A stretch of 34,917 nt of DNA from the NCBI GenBank assembly GCA_041497895.1, contig JBGQHJ010000034.1:1-34917 (forward strand), read 5' to 3'. The position numbers and the translations under genes are program-made. Positions 11,859 to 23,263 of the stretch are shown piece after piece; positions within the stretch are counted from its first letter, which is position 1, and each line of letters begins with the position of its first letter. A model generated the notes under the pieces. The model ran no database searches, was not told the origin of the DNA, and was given only the letters and a program-made list of their open reading frames with translations. The stretch is from Candidatus Methylomirabilia bacterium (lineage in GTDB: Bacteria; Methylomirabilota; Methylomirabilia; Rokubacteriales; CSP1-6).

Positions 11859-12212
11859 TCAACCCTCCACCGAGACGAGCGGGGCGTCGCCCCACAGGCG
11901 CTCGAGCGCGTAGAATCCGCGCGTCTCCTCGAGGAAGACGTGCATCACGACGTCGCCGTAGTCGAGCAGGAGCCAGCCGCTCTCCGCGCTCCCCTCGTTG
12001 TGGCGCGGCCGCACCCCCTTCGCGCGCAGGGCGCCGCGGATGGCCTCCGCGATGGTGTCGGCCTGCGGCGTGGATCGCGCGCTGCAGACGAGGAAGAAGT
12101 CGGCGACGCTCGACAGCCCCTGCAGGTCGAGCACCGCGAGGTCGATCGCCTTCTTGTCCAGCGCGGCGTGGGCCGCGACCCGGACGACGGCTTCCGCGGA
12201 CAGGGTGGCCAT
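11859..12212 (-). CDS. rsfS: Ribosome silencing factor RsfS (Iojap)
   Basis: DKKAIDLAVLD, ADFFLVCS, WLLLDYGDVVMHVF, FYALERLW; TGATG overlap with the nadD stop. Confidence 0.95.
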   Translation of the reverse strand: MATLSAEAVVRVAAHAALDKKAIDLAVLDLQGLSSVADFFLVCSARSTPQADTIAEAIRGALRAKGVRPRHNEGSAESGWLLLDYGDVVMHVFLEETRGFYALERLWGDAPLVSVEG

Positions 12213-12859
12213 CACGCCTCCGGACGGTAGAGTTGGTGATCGCGCAGATAGGTCGCCACCGCGTCCGGCATGCGGAACGCCAGGCTCCGGCCCTCGCGGG
12301 CACGGCGGCGGAGATCCGAGCCGGAGATGGGCAGCGACGCGGCGTAGAGCAGCAAGGGAGCGGCGCCGTGGAACACATCGGTCCCCGCGGGGACGAAGCC
12401 GGGGAGCCCGAGCTCCCGCAGCACCTTGACCGCGGCCGGCGCCTCGGGGTCGAAGCCCATGCCGTTTCGTGGGATCACCACGAGGCGGGCCAGCGCGACC
12501 ACGCGAGCGGGATCCTTCCAGTTCAGCAGGTCGAGGAAGGTCTCGGAGCCGATGACGAGGTGCAGGCGGCCGCGGGGCTGGAGCGCGGTGAGGGTGTCCA
12601 CCGTGTAGGACGGGCCGCTCCGCGTGACCTCGACGTCGGAGACCTCGAACTGCGGGTGGCCGAGCGCCGCGAGGGCGGTCATCCGGTAGCGGTCGGCGGC
12701 GGGGGCCAGCTCGGCGAGGGGCTTGTGGGGAGGCTGGGCCGCCGGCACGAGCAGGACCCGGTCGAGCCGGAGCGTCTCGCAGACTTCGTCGGCCACGAGG
12801 AGGTGGCCGAAGTGAATCGGGTTGAACGATCCCCCGAACACGCCGACGCGCGGCTGCAG
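12212..12859 (-). CDS. nadD: Nicotinate-nucleotide adenylyltransferase
   Basis: GGSFNPIHFGHL, PPHK, SYTVDT, ISGSDLR. Start placed at CTG 12859 (canonical alternative is GTG 12841). Confidence 0.93.
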   Translation of the reverse strand: MQPRVGVFGGSFNPIHFGHLLVADEVCETLRLDRVLLVPAAQPPHKPLAELAPAADRYRMTALAALGHPQFEVSDVEVTRSGPSYTVDTLTALQPRGRLHLVIGSETFLDLLNWKDPARVVALARLVVIPRNGMGFDPEAPAAVKVLRELGLPGFVPAGTDVFHGAAPLLLYAASLPISGSDLRRRAREGRSLAFRMPDAVATYLRDHQLYRPEA

Positions 12860-12863
12860 GCGG

Positions 12864-14135
12864 CTACTCCCGGATATGCCCGTCGCCCCACACCACGAAC
12901 TTGCTCGTGGTCAGCTCCCGCACGCCCACCGGGCCCCGCGCGTGCACCCGGGAGGTGGAGATGCCCATCTCGGCGCCCATCCCGAACTGGCTGCCGTCGA
13001 CGAGGCGGGTGGAGGCGTTGACGAGCACCGCGGCCGCGTCCACCTCGTGGGTGAACCGGCGCGCGCGCCGCACGTCGCAGGTGACGATCGACTCGGCGAG
13101 GCCCGACCCGTGCTTGCGGATGTGGGCCACCGCCTCGTCGAAGCCCTCGACCACCCGCACCGCCAGGATGTAGTCGAGGTACTCCGCGTCCCAGTCGGCC
13201 GGCTCGGCGGCCCGCGCTCCGGGCATGAGGGCCCGCGCGCGCTCGTCCGCCCGTACCTCCACTCCCGCCTCGGCCAGGCGCGCGGCGAGCCGCGGCAGCA
13301 GGGCGGGCGCGATCGCGGCGTGCACCAGCAGCGTCTCGAGCGAGTTGCAGACGCTGACCCGCTGGGTCTTGGCGTTGACCGCCACCGCCACCGCCATGTC
13401 CAGGTCCGCGCCCTCGTCCACGTAAAGGTGGCACAGCCCCTTATCGTGCTTGAGCACCGGGACGGTCGCGCGCTCCGCGACCAGGCGCACGAATTCCTCG
13501 CCGCCGCGGGGGATGATCAGGTCCAGATACCGGTCCAGGGTGAGCATGGCCATGACCCCCGCCCGATCGGCGGTCTCGACCGCCTGGATCGCCTCCGGGG
13601 GCAGGCCCGCCTTCTCGACCGCCTTGCTCAGGATCTGCGCGAGCAGCGTGTTGGACTCGAGGGCCTCGCTACCGCCCCGCAGGAGCACCGCGTTTCCCGA
13701 CTTCAGGCAGAGGCCCGCCGCGTCGGCGGTGACGTTGGGCCGGGACTCGTAGATGAAGCCGATCACCCCGAGCGGGACCCGCACCCGCGCGATCTCGAGC
13801 CCGGAGGGCCGCCGGATCGTCTCCACCGTCTCGCCGACCGGGTCGGGGAGGCTCGCCACGTGGCGGAGCCCGGCCGCCATCTCCTCGACGCGTCCCTCGG
13901 TGAGGGTGAGGCGGTCGACGAAGGCCCGGGCGTGCCCGGCCGCCCGCGCGCGCTCCAGGTCGTGGCGATTGGCGTCCAGGATCGCGGCGGTGCGCTCCTC
14001 GAGCCCGCGCGCCATCTGGGTGAGTGCCTCGTTCTTGGTGCGGGTCGAGGCCAGCGCGAGGAGGCGTGACGCCTCCTTGGCCGCCTTCGCCTTCATCTCC
14101 ACGTGCGCCGCCGCGTCCATGCTCGCGCTCTCCAT
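12864..14135 (-). CDS. proA: Gamma-glutamyl phosphate reductase
   Basis: PLGVIGFIYESRPNVT, SVCNSLETLLVH, NASTR, GAEMGIST, HARGPVG. Confidence 0.97.
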   Translation of the reverse strand: MESASMDAAAHVEMKAKAAKEASRLLALASTRTKNEALTQMARGLEERTAAILDANRHDLERARAAGHARAFVDRLTLTEGRVEEMAAGLRHVASLPDPVGETVETIRRPSGLEIARVRVPLGVIGFIYESRPNVTADAAGLCLKSGNAVLLRGGSEALESNTLLAQILSKAVEKAGLPPEAIQAVETADRAGVMAMLTLDRYLDLIIPRGGEEFVRLVAERATVPVLKHDKGLCHLYVDEGADLDMAVAVAVNAKTQRVSVCNSLETLLVHAAIAPALLPRLAARLAEAGVEVRADERARALMPGARAAEPADWDAEYLDYILAVRVVEGFDEAVAHIRKHGSGLAESIVTCDVRRARRFTHEVDAAAVLVNASTRLVDGSQFGMGAEMGISTSRVHARGPVGVRELTTSKFVVWGDGHIRE

Positions 14136-14140
14136 GCCGC

Positions 14141-16299
<2,159 letters not shown>

Positions 16300-16560
16300 T
16301 CAGGCAGGCTGTTGCTGGGCGATGCTGACGTACTTGTCGTCGCCCTTGCGCTCGAACCGGACGTAGCCGGCGGCCTTGGCGAAGAGGGTGTGGTCCACCC
16401 CCAGGCCCACGTTGGCGCCGGGCTTGAAGCGGGTCCCGCGCTGACGCACCAGGATGCTGCCCGCGGTGACGAACTGCCCGCCGAAGCGCTTCACCCCCAG
16501 CATCTGGGGATTGGAGTCACGACCGTTGCGGGAGCTGCCGACACCCTTCTTGTGAGCCAT
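16300..16560 (-). CDS. rpmA: 50S ribosomal protein L27
   Basis: [24 protein letters not shown]. Confidence 0.98.
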   Translation of the reverse strand: MAHKKGVGSSRNGRDSNPQMLGVKRFGGQFVTAGSILVRQRGTRFKPGANVGLGVDHTLFAKAAGYVRFERKGDDKYVSIAQQQPA

Positions 16561-16564
16561 GCCC

Positions 16565-16876
16565 CTAGACCTCGATCTTGGTGATGCGCACCGCGGTCAT
16601 CGTCTGCCGATGCCCGCGATGCCGCCGGTAGTTCTTCCGCCGCTTGAACTTCACGACCAGGACCTTGTCGCCCTTGCGCTCCGCCACCACCTGCCCCACC
16701 ACCTTGGCTGCGGCCAGCGCCTTCGGCTCGACCGTCACCTGCCCGTCGTTGTTGACGAGGAGGACCTTGGTGAACTCGACCGCCGCCCCCTTGTCCTTCC
16801 CGAGGCGCTCCACCTTGATGACCTGGCCCGGAGCCACCCGGTACTGCTTGCCACCCGTCGCGATGACCGCTTCCAT
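16565..16876 (-). CDS. rplU: 50S ribosomal protein L21
   Basis: [27 protein letters not shown]. Confidence 0.98.
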   Translation of the reverse strand: MEAVIATGGKQYRVAPGQVIKVERLGKDKGAAVEFTKVLLVNNDGQVTVEPKALAAAKVVGQVVAERKGDKVLVVKFKRRKNYRRHRGHRQTMTAVRITKIEV

Positions 16877-17040
16877 CCCACTACCTTTCTTTGGGGCACG
16901 AGCCCGGCCCGGCGCCCGCCCTCGAGTCTGCCCTCTCGTGAAGCCTGCCGACAGCCTTGCGACCCACCGATGACCGCGAGCGCATATCTGACCACATGGC
17001 GAGACTGAAAGTCAAGCCGGACGGGGCTTTAGCTACGCCC

Positions 17041-17691
17041 TCAGGCCGCCCGCATGTAGTCGGCCAGCCGCTGCCGCAGGAACAGCCGGGAGCGATGTAC
17101 CCGCGACTTCACCGCGGGCAGGCTGATGTGGAGCGCCTCCGCGATCTCCGGGTTCGAGAGCCCCTCCACGTCGTGGAGCAGGAACGCGGTCTTGTAGTCG
17201 CCCGGCAGGTCGTCGATCGCGGTGGTGAGCAGCGAGCGCAGCTCCGTCTGCAGCGCGGGCTCCTCGGTACGGGTCGACCAGTCTCGGAGCGGCTCCGTGT
17301 GCTGCCCCAGCTCGTCGAACCCGGGCGACATCGCGTCCCAGGAGATCTCGTTGCGCTGGCCCTGGCGGCTGCGCAGCTTCTGGTAGGCCGCGTTGGCGGT
17401 GATGCGATAGATCCAGCTCCCGAAGGCCGACTCCCCCTTGAAGGTGTCGATCTTGCGGGCGGCCGTCCAGAGCGCGTCCTGCACCACTTCCTCCGCGTCC
17501 TGCTCGTTGCTGGTGATGCGGATGGCCAGCCGGTAGACCCGGTCGCCGTACGTTGCGACCAGGGCCTCGGGCGCACCCGGGTCCTGGCGGCGCAGACGCT
17601 CCACCAGCTCCGCGTCCCGGTCCGCCTTCCGCGGGGCGCCTGCCGTGTCCTGCTCGTGTCCATTCGTCGTGTGAACCGTCGACATGCTCAT
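17041..17691 (-). CDS. ECF (sigma70 group 4) RNA polymerase sigma factor
   Basis: DAEEVVQDAL, FGSWIYRITANAA (region 2), LLHDVEGLSNPEIAEALHISLPAVKSRVHRSR (region 4); ATG 17691 overlaps the TetR stop (ATGA). Confidence 0.92.
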   Translation of the reverse strand: MSMSTVHTTNGHEQDTAGAPRKADRDAELVERLRRQDPGAPEALVATYGDRVYRLAIRITSNEQDAEEVVQDALWTAARKIDTFKGESAFGSWIYRITANAAYQKLRSRQGQRNEISWDAMSPGFDELGQHTEPLRDWSTRTEEPALQTELRSLLTTAIDDLPGDYKTAFLLHDVEGLSNPEIAEALHISLPAVKSRVHRSRLFLRQRLADYMRAA

Positions 17692-18356
17692 GTCCCGTAG
17701 AGCGTGAGGTGCTGCTTCAGCTCCTCGACGCATCTTTCCATGACCGTGATGTCCTTGGTGACCTTGCTCAGGAGAATGGACCCCTCGAGGCCCGCAACCA
17801 GGAACTGGGCCACTCGAGATGCGTCCATGTCCGCCCGCAGTCGTCCCCGCGCCTGCCCGCGGCTCACCGCCTCCGCGAGACGGACGCGCCAGAGATCGAA
17901 GATACCGGCGAGGCGTTGCCGGAACCCCTCGTGTACGTCGGAGAGCTCCGAGGCCAGATTACCCATCACGCAGCCCCCGATGCACTTGCGCAGCCGCTGC
18001 GCCTCGAGCACCCGATCGAGGAACGCGTGGATCTGCGCGACCGGGTCCGCCTCGGCATCCGCGAAGGCCGGCTCCAGGCTGCGCTCGACGAACCCCTGGG
18101 TGATACGGTCGATGATGGCGTAGCCCAGGTCTTCCTTGCTCTTGAAGTAATAGTAGAAGTTCCCCTTGCCGACCCCGCTCTCCCGGAGCACGTCGTCGAG
18201 CGAGGTGGACTGGTAGCCCTGCACGTGGATGAGCCGGGCGGCCGCGTTCAGGATCTGGTCTCGCGTGGCGGCACCCTTGGTGCTCCTCGTCTCGGACATC
18301 ACCGCCGCTGAGGCTGCCATCACCGGGTCCCCCTCCGTGCTCGCTGGTCTCTCCAT
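17688..18356 (-). CDS. TetR/AcrR family regulator (NemR-like)
   Basis: TRDQILNAA...GVGKGNFYYYFKSKEDL HTH; GCVMGNLASELS C-terminal motif. The start must lie downstream of the promoter (ATG 18356 or later). Confidence 0.9.
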   Translation of the reverse strand: MERPASTEGDPVMAASAAVMSETRSTKGAATRDQILNAAARLIHVQGYQSTSLDDVLRESGVGKGNFYYYFKSKEDLGYAIIDRITQGFVERSLEPAFADAEADPVAQIHAFLDRVLEAQRLRKCIGGCVMGNLASELSDVHEGFRQRLAGIFDLWRVRLAEAVSRGQARGRLRADMDASRVAQFLVAGLEGSILLSKVTKDITVMERCVEELKQHLTLYGT

Positions 18357-18359
18357 GTT

Positions 18360-18408
18360 TACCGACCAGTCGGTACAGAAGGATAACCGCCTGGGCATGG
18401 GCTGTCAA
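18360..18408 (-). promoter_or_regulatory. TetR promoter with palindromic operator
   Basis: TTGACA (18408-18403), 17 nt spacer, then TATCCT (18385-18380); palindrome TACCGAC-CA-GTCGGTA at 18360-18375 covers the predicted start site. Confidence 0.75.
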
Positions 18409-18429
18409 ATAATGCCCATGACGTATTAC

Positions 18430-19329
18430 TTATCGGACACTTGGACCAATGCTCAGCAGCTTGAGCAGGTCGGACGTGAGGTCGTAGAGCTGAGCGCATC
18501 CCTCGATACCGCCGAGCTGCCCCTGCACGCGCTTGCGGAGCGCCGCGTCCACCGGCTGCCCCCGCAGGGACTCGATCCGGGACTGCGGCTCGGTGCAGAT
18601 CCCGGCATAGGGCAGCCGCGACGTGATCGAGTCGACCCCCACGATCGTGCCCCGGTCGACATCGATCTCGTAGTGGAGGTCGAAGCCGTGCACGTTGTCG
18701 TGCATGGAGTGGAACAGGTGCAGCCGGCGGCCGGTCAGCACCAGACGCGCGACCTTCCGCCGGGCGAAGACGTCGCGGGCCCCGGGTGGGGGGCTGTAGA
18801 GCGCGGGCACCATGGGGGAGGACACCGGCCGGGTGCCGAAGAGCGCGCGGCCGGCCGAGCTGTAGGTGAAGCAGGAGTCCGGCAGGTCCACCCAGCCGGC
18901 CATGTCGAGGGCCCAGCAGGCCTGCGAATCGCCCGGCTCGAGCGATGCCACCGCCGCTGCGGGCATCTTGGTCACCTGTCGGCTCAGGCGGGCCACCTCG
19001 AGGCCGGCGTCGACGACCAGCCCCGCGCCCTCCCGGGCCCCGCACAGCTCCGCGAGGCGCCTGGTGAACCCGCCCACCATCCGCGTCCCGGCGAGGCCGG
19101 GAAAATCCGCCGTGATGCCCGGGTCGACCGCCCCGGACAGCGCGCGGGCACTCGCCTCCCGCACCTCGTACGCGGGCGACGGGGTGCAAACCGCGGTCAC
19201 CTCCACCGACCGGTCCGGATCCGTGAGGCGCACCGTGTGGGTGAAGGCCGTGTCGTGGGTGTTGTCGACCCGACCGTCCATCACCCGCTCGTAGCGGTCG
19301 CGCCCCGCGAGAAACGGTGAGCCGATCAC
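18430..19329 (-). CDS. DUF2889-like protein, apparently two related halves
   Basis: GTG 19329 overlaps the YHS stop (GTGA). C-terminal half DNVHGFDL..RLPYAGIC..LRGQPV..LGGIEGCAQLYDL resembles DUF2889 from memory; the family call needs an HMM search. Confidence 0.65.
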   Translation of the reverse strand: MIGSPFLAGRDRYERVMDGRVDNTHDTAFTHTVRLTDPDRSVEVTAVCTPSPAYEVREASARALSGAVDPGITADFPGLAGTRMVGGFTRRLAELCGAREGAGLVVDAGLEVARLSRQVTKMPAAAVASLEPGDSQACWALDMAGWVDLPDSCFTYSSAGRALFGTRPVSSPMVPALYSPPPGARDVFARRKVARLVLTGRRLHLFHSMHDNVHGFDLHYEIDVDRGTIVGVDSITSRLPYAGICTEPQSRIESLRGQPVDAALRKRVQGQLGGIEGCAQLYDLTSDLLKLLSIGPSVR

Positions 19330-19475
19330 CGCGCGAGATACTTGGCCGGATCGGCGTCGAACTTCACCTTGCAGCCGACCGCGCAGAAGTAGTAGGTCTG
19401 CCCCTGGTACTTCGATTGCGCGGCCGCGGTCTTCGGATCCACGTCCATCTGGCACACCGGGTCCTTGGCCATCAT
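19326..19475 (-). CDS. YHS domain small metal-binding protein
   Basis: MMAKDPVCQMDVD...YQGQTYYFCAVGCKVKFDADPAKY (49 aa), 2 nt after the copA stop. Confidence 0.92.
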   Translation of the reverse strand: MMAKDPVCQMDVDPKTAAAQSKYQGQTYYFCAVGCKVKFDADPAKYLAR

Positions 19476-19477
19476 CG

Positions 19478-21748
19478 TCACTCCGCTGTCTGCGCGCTCG
19501 GGCGGAATCGGCTGAGCCGCAGGCTGTTGGCGACCACCGATACCGACGACAGGGCCATCGCCAGCCCGGCCAGGATCGGCGAGAGCTGGATGCCCCAGAT
19601 CGGGTAGAGCATACCCGCGGCCACCGGCACCAGCACGAGGTTGTAGCCGAACGCCCACCCCAGGTTCTCCTTGACGATGCGCATCGTGCGACGGGAGAGC
19701 TCGACGGCCGCGACCACCCCTCGCAGGTCGTCGCGCATGAGGGTGACGTCGGCCGCCTCGATGGCCACGTCGGTGCCCGAGCTCATGGCGAGGCCCACGT
19801 CGGCCTGGGCGAGCGCCGGCGCGTCGTTGATGCCGTCGCCGACCATGGCCACCAGGCGGCCCTCGGCCTGCAATCGCTTGATCTCGGTCGCCTTCTGCTC
19901 CGGGAGCACCTCGGCGTGCACCCGCTCGATGCCGGCCTGGCGGGCGATGGCCTGCGCGGTGCCCAGGGCGTCGCCGGTCAGCATGACCACGTCGAGGCCG
20001 AGGGCGCGGAGCGCGGTCACCGCCGCGGGCGCTTCCGGCCGGAGCACGTCGGCCACCGCGATCAATCCGTGTGGCTCGCCGGCGACGACCGCGTAGACCA
20101 CGCTCTTGCCGCCCTGGGCGAGCCGGCGCGCGTGCCCCTCGAGGGCGCCCAGCTCGATCCCGCGGCTCTCCATCAGACGGTGGTTGCCGAGCAGCACCCG
20201 CCCCTGCTCGACCAGTGCTTCCACGCCCTGGCCCGGCGCGGCCCGGAACTCGCGGACCGGAGGCATCGCGAGACCACGCGCCTTGGCCGCGCTCACGATC
20301 GCCTCACCGAGTGGATGCTCGGAGCCCTGCTCGACCGCGGCGGCCAGGGCCAGCACCAGGTCCGGGTCGACCCCCGCCGCGGGCAGCACCTCGGTGACCG
20401 CCGGCCGGCCCACCGTCAAGGTTCCCGTCTTGTCGAGGACGACGGTTCCCATGCGGTGCAGCGTCTCCAGGACTTCCGCGCTGCGGATCAGCACGCCGAG
20501 CTCGGCGCCCCGGCCGGTCGCCACCATCACCGCGGTGGGCGTCGCCAGCCCGAGCGCGCACGGGCAGGCGATGACGAGGACACCCACCGCGTTGGTGAGC
20601 GCGTGGAAGAACCCCGGCGCGGGGCCCCAGAGCATCCAGGCTCCGAAGGTGAGCGCCGCGATCCCCAGCACCACCGGGACGAAGACGGAGGCGACCCGGT
20701 CGGCGAGGCGCTGGATCGGCGCCTTCGAGCCCTGCGCGTCCTCGACCAGTCGCACGATCCGGGCGAGCACGGTGTCGCGGCCCACCCGGGTGGCCCGGAA
20801 GGTGAACGTCCCGGTGCGGTTGATGGAGCCGCCCACCACCGGGGCGCCCGGTCCCTTCTCGACCGGCAGACTCTCGCCGGTCAGCATCGACTCGTCGACG
20901 GTGGAGGCACCCTCCACCACCAGGCCGTCGACCGCGATCCGCTCGCCCGGGCGGACGCGCAGGAGATCGCCCGGCACGACCTCCTCGATCGGGACGTCGC
21001 GCTCGCCGCCCGGCTGCGCCAGGCGCGCGGTCCGGGGCTGCAGCGCGACGAGCCGCCGGATCGCCTCCGAGGTGCCGCCCCGGGCGCGGGCCTCGAGCCA
21101 GCGGCCGAGGACCAGGAAGGTCATGAGGAGCGCGGAGGCCTCGAAGTAGGGCATCGCCCCCGCGGCCATGAACGCGTGCGGCCAGAGGGTCACGGCCACG
21201 CTGAAGAAGTAGGCCGCGTTGGTACCGATCGAGACGAGCGTGTTCATGCTGGCGGCGCGGTGCCGCAGCTCGCGCAGGAAGGCCAGGTGGAACTGCCCGC
21301 CGACCCAGAACTGCACCGGCGTGGCCAGGAGCCAGAGGACCCGGGGATCACGGAGCCAGCCCGGGGTCCACGGAAACACCTCGGGCATGCCGCCCAGCAG
21401 GACCGGCGCGGCGAGGATCGCCCCGACCACGAGCTTGACCCGCAGGTCGGCGAGCTCGCGGGCCCGGTCGGCTTGCTCCTGCTCGCGACTCTCGGGCGTC
21501 ACCGCGATCTCGTCGGGAATCGTGTACCCGGCGGCCGCGACCGCGGCCCTTAGCTGGAGCAGCGCGGCGGGCTCGGGACCGAGCTCCACCCGCGCACGCC
21601 CGGTCGCCAGGTTGACGGTGGCGTCGGTCACCCCCGGCACCGCCTCGAGCGCGCGCTCGACCTTGCCAACGCAGGCCGCGCAGTGCATGCCCTTCACCGG
21701 GAGGTCGAGGCGCGGCGCGCCGGACGTCTTCGGACTCATCGCCGCCAC
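19478..21748 (-). CDS. copA: Copper-translocating P1B-type ATPase
   Basis: N-terminal [39 protein letters not shown] and MALSSVS transmembrane Cu(I) ligands. Confidence 0.95.
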   Translation of the reverse strand: MAAMSPKTSGAPRLDLPVKGMHCAACVGKVERALEAVPGVTDATVNLATGRARVELGPEPAALLQLRAAVAAAGYTIPDEIAVTPESREQEQADRARELADLRVKLVVGAILAAPVLLGGMPEVFPWTPGWLRDPRVLWLLATPVQFWVGGQFHLAFLRELRHRAASMNTLVSIGTNAAYFFSVAVTLWPHAFMAAGAMPYFEASALLMTFLVLGRWLEARARGGTSEAIRRLVALQPRTARLAQPGGERDVPIEEVVPGDLLRVRPGERIAVDGLVVEGASTVDESMLTGESLPVEKGPGAPVVGGSINRTGTFTFRATRVGRDTVLARIVRLVEDAQGSKAPIQRLADRVASVFVPVVLGIAALTFGAWMLWGPAPGFFHALTNAVGVLVIACPCALGLATPTAVMVATGRGAELGVLIRSAEVLETLHRMGTVVLDKTGTLTVGRPAVTEVLPAAGVDPDLVLALAAAVEQGSEHPLGEAIVSAAKARGLAMPPVREFRAAPGQGVEALVEQGRVLLGNHRLMESRGIELGALEGHARRLAQGGKSVVYAVVAGEPHGLIAVADVLRPEAPAAVTALRALGLDVVMLTGDALGTAQAIARQAGIERVHAEVLPEQKATEIKRLQAEGRLVAMVGDGINDAPALAQADVGLAMSSGTDVAIEAADVTLMRDDLRGVVAAVELSRRTMRIVKENLGWAFGYNLVLVPVAAGMLYPIWGIQLSPILAGLAMALSSVSVVANSLRLSRFRPSAQTAE

Positions 21749-22030
21749 CTATCGCCCGGAGAAGCGGGAGAAGACGTCGAGCAGCTCATCGAGCTTCCGC
21801 TGCCGATCGCGCGAGCTCCCCGAGCGCACCGCGTCCGCGACGCAGGTCTCGAGGTGCTGGCCGAGCAGGAGCTTCTGGACCTGCTCGACCGCGCCTTGGA
21901 CCGCGGTGAGCTGCAGGAGGATGTCGACGCAGTACTTGTCCTCCTCCACCATTCGCTGGATACCCTGGACCTGCCCCTCGATGCGGCGCAGGCGGCCCAG
22001 CGCCTTGCCCTTCGTCTGCACGTCCATCAT
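21749..22030 (-). CDS. csoR: Copper-sensing repressor, CsoR family
   Basis: ATG 22030: RLRRIEGQVQGIQRMVEEDKYCVDILLQL...QHLETC, with the Cys...His-x3-Cys metal ligands. Confidence 0.92.
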   Translation of the reverse strand: MMDVQTKGKALGRLRRIEGQVQGIQRMVEEDKYCVDILLQLTAVQGAVEQVQKLLLGQHLETCVADAVRSGSSRDRQRKLDELLDVFSRFSGR

Positions 22031-22043
22031 GATGTCCCTCGCT

Positions 22044-22826
22044 TCAGACCGCCCGCCGCTGCCGCAGCATGCGCAGCACCGAGTAACCCGCCAGGGCGGC
22101 CAGCAGATGTTTGAGCGTATGCCCACTGACCACGCGGGCCGTCGAGAAGACCCACGCATCTGCGAGCTCGGGCAGCTTCGCCAGCGCGTAGATGCCCGCC
22201 GCGGCCAGCAGCCCCGCGCTCCCCGAGTAGCGCGCGGGCAGCAGCCAGAGCATGAGCGGGATGGCCACGAGCGGGTAGAACTGCACCAGGGCGTAGGGAC
22301 GCAGGTCGCCCGCCCCGCGCTGCTCGGTGAGCGCCCAGTATCCCACCGAGGCCGCGGCGATGGCGACCAGAGGGCCCAGGAGGCGCAGCGCCGCCCGGAG
22401 CCCGACGCGCTCGGCGACGACCGCGTCGAGCAGCCCCATGAGGGTGATCGCCAGCGGCAGCCGATCCCAGGCGAGCCGGGGGTTGCCCGGCGCCCAGTGG
22501 TAGTAGGCGGACCCGAGCCCGGTCAGGAGGAGACCCACGAAGAACACCGCGTACGGCCATCGCTCGCCCGGCTCCCGGAAGGCCCGGCGCGCCGCCGCGT
22601 CGTCCCCCAGGAACCGCAGGCCCAGGATGCCGACCAGGACGAAGCCCGCGTTGGAGAGGACGTTCAGCGCATTCGGGACTCCGAGCCATGCGCGCCCGTC
22701 GGCGAGCCGATGGTAGGCCGGATCCTGCGGGATGGCCGGGGCGAGGAGTGCCCCTGCCGCCACCACCGCGGCCAGCCCGCCGACCAGCCCGATCGCGCCC
22801 GCTCGTCTCATCTCGCCCGCCAACAT
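22044..22826 (-). CDS. Ceramidase-like (CREST superfamily) polytopic membrane hydrolase
   Basis: IPQDPAYH, NVLSN, GSAYYH (SxxxH), WDRLP, GHTLKH (HxxxH-like), about 7 hydrophobic segments. The start may be ATG 22811. Confidence 0.8.
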   Translation of the reverse strand: MLAGEMRRAGAIGLVGGLAAVVAAGALLAPAIPQDPAYHRLADGRAWLGVPNALNVLSNAGFVLVGILGLRFLGDDAAARRAFREPGERWPYAVFFVGLLLTGLGSAYYHWAPGNPRLAWDRLPLAITLMGLLDAVVAERVGLRAALRLLGPLVAIAAASVGYWALTEQRGAGDLRPYALVQFYPLVAIPLMLWLLPARYSGSAGLLAAAGIYALAKLPELADAWVFSTARVVSGHTLKHLLAALAGYSVLRMLRQRRAV

Positions 22827-22842
22827 ATACCCTACGGGGGTA
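22827..22842. promoter_or_regulatory. CsoR operator
   Basis: ATACCCTACGGGGGTA is a TACCC...GGGTA pseudo-palindrome with C/G tracts, the CsoR-type operator pattern, at the head of the copper cluster. Confidence 0.8.
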
Positions 22843-22902
22843 GCCTTCCAGCGGTTGGATGAGTCGCCCCCGCGGGGGATGCCGCCCGGGCGGAGCGGCC
22901 GG

Positions 22903-23259
22903 TCAGATCTCGGGGAAGAGAGACGGCTGCGCGCCGGTGGGCGCCGGCCGAGCGCCCCGTCGGGCCCGGCCGGCCGGGCGCGGCTCGGCCCCGCGCTTGG
23001 GTTTGCGGGGCTCGCGCTTGGGCTTCACCCAGCCTTTCTGGTGGGCGATCTTGTCCCCCTGCTTGATGACGGTCAGGTCCACGAGGCGCGCCATCGGGTG
23101 GGTCAGCAGGTGGAGGTACTTCTCCCAGTAGCGCGGCGAGTACGCCCAGGTCTTCATCTGGTCGATCGCCAGCGCCAGGGCCGCGCGATCCCCCTTGGTC
23201 GCGGCCGCCCGGAGCTGGGCGAGGATGGCGGCCCGGCTGATGCGCGACGGGCGGGTCAC
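22903..23259 (-). CDS. Hypothetical basic protein
   Basis: 118-aa ORF starting 4 nt after the rng stop; protein-like core (IDQMKTWAYSPRYWEKYLHLL); no family recognised. Confidence 0.7.
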   Translation of the reverse strand: MTRPSRISRAAILAQLRAAATKGDRAALALAIDQMKTWAYSPRYWEKYLHLLTHPMARLVDLTVIKQGDKIAHQKGWVKPKREPRKPKRGAEPRPAGRARRGARPAPTGAQPSLFPEI

Positions 23260-23263
23260 GGGG

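Noticed and set aside
16300..16876. No prp protease gene between rplU and rpmA
   Set aside because: L27 begins MAHKKG without the cleavable extension, so this is the normal state.
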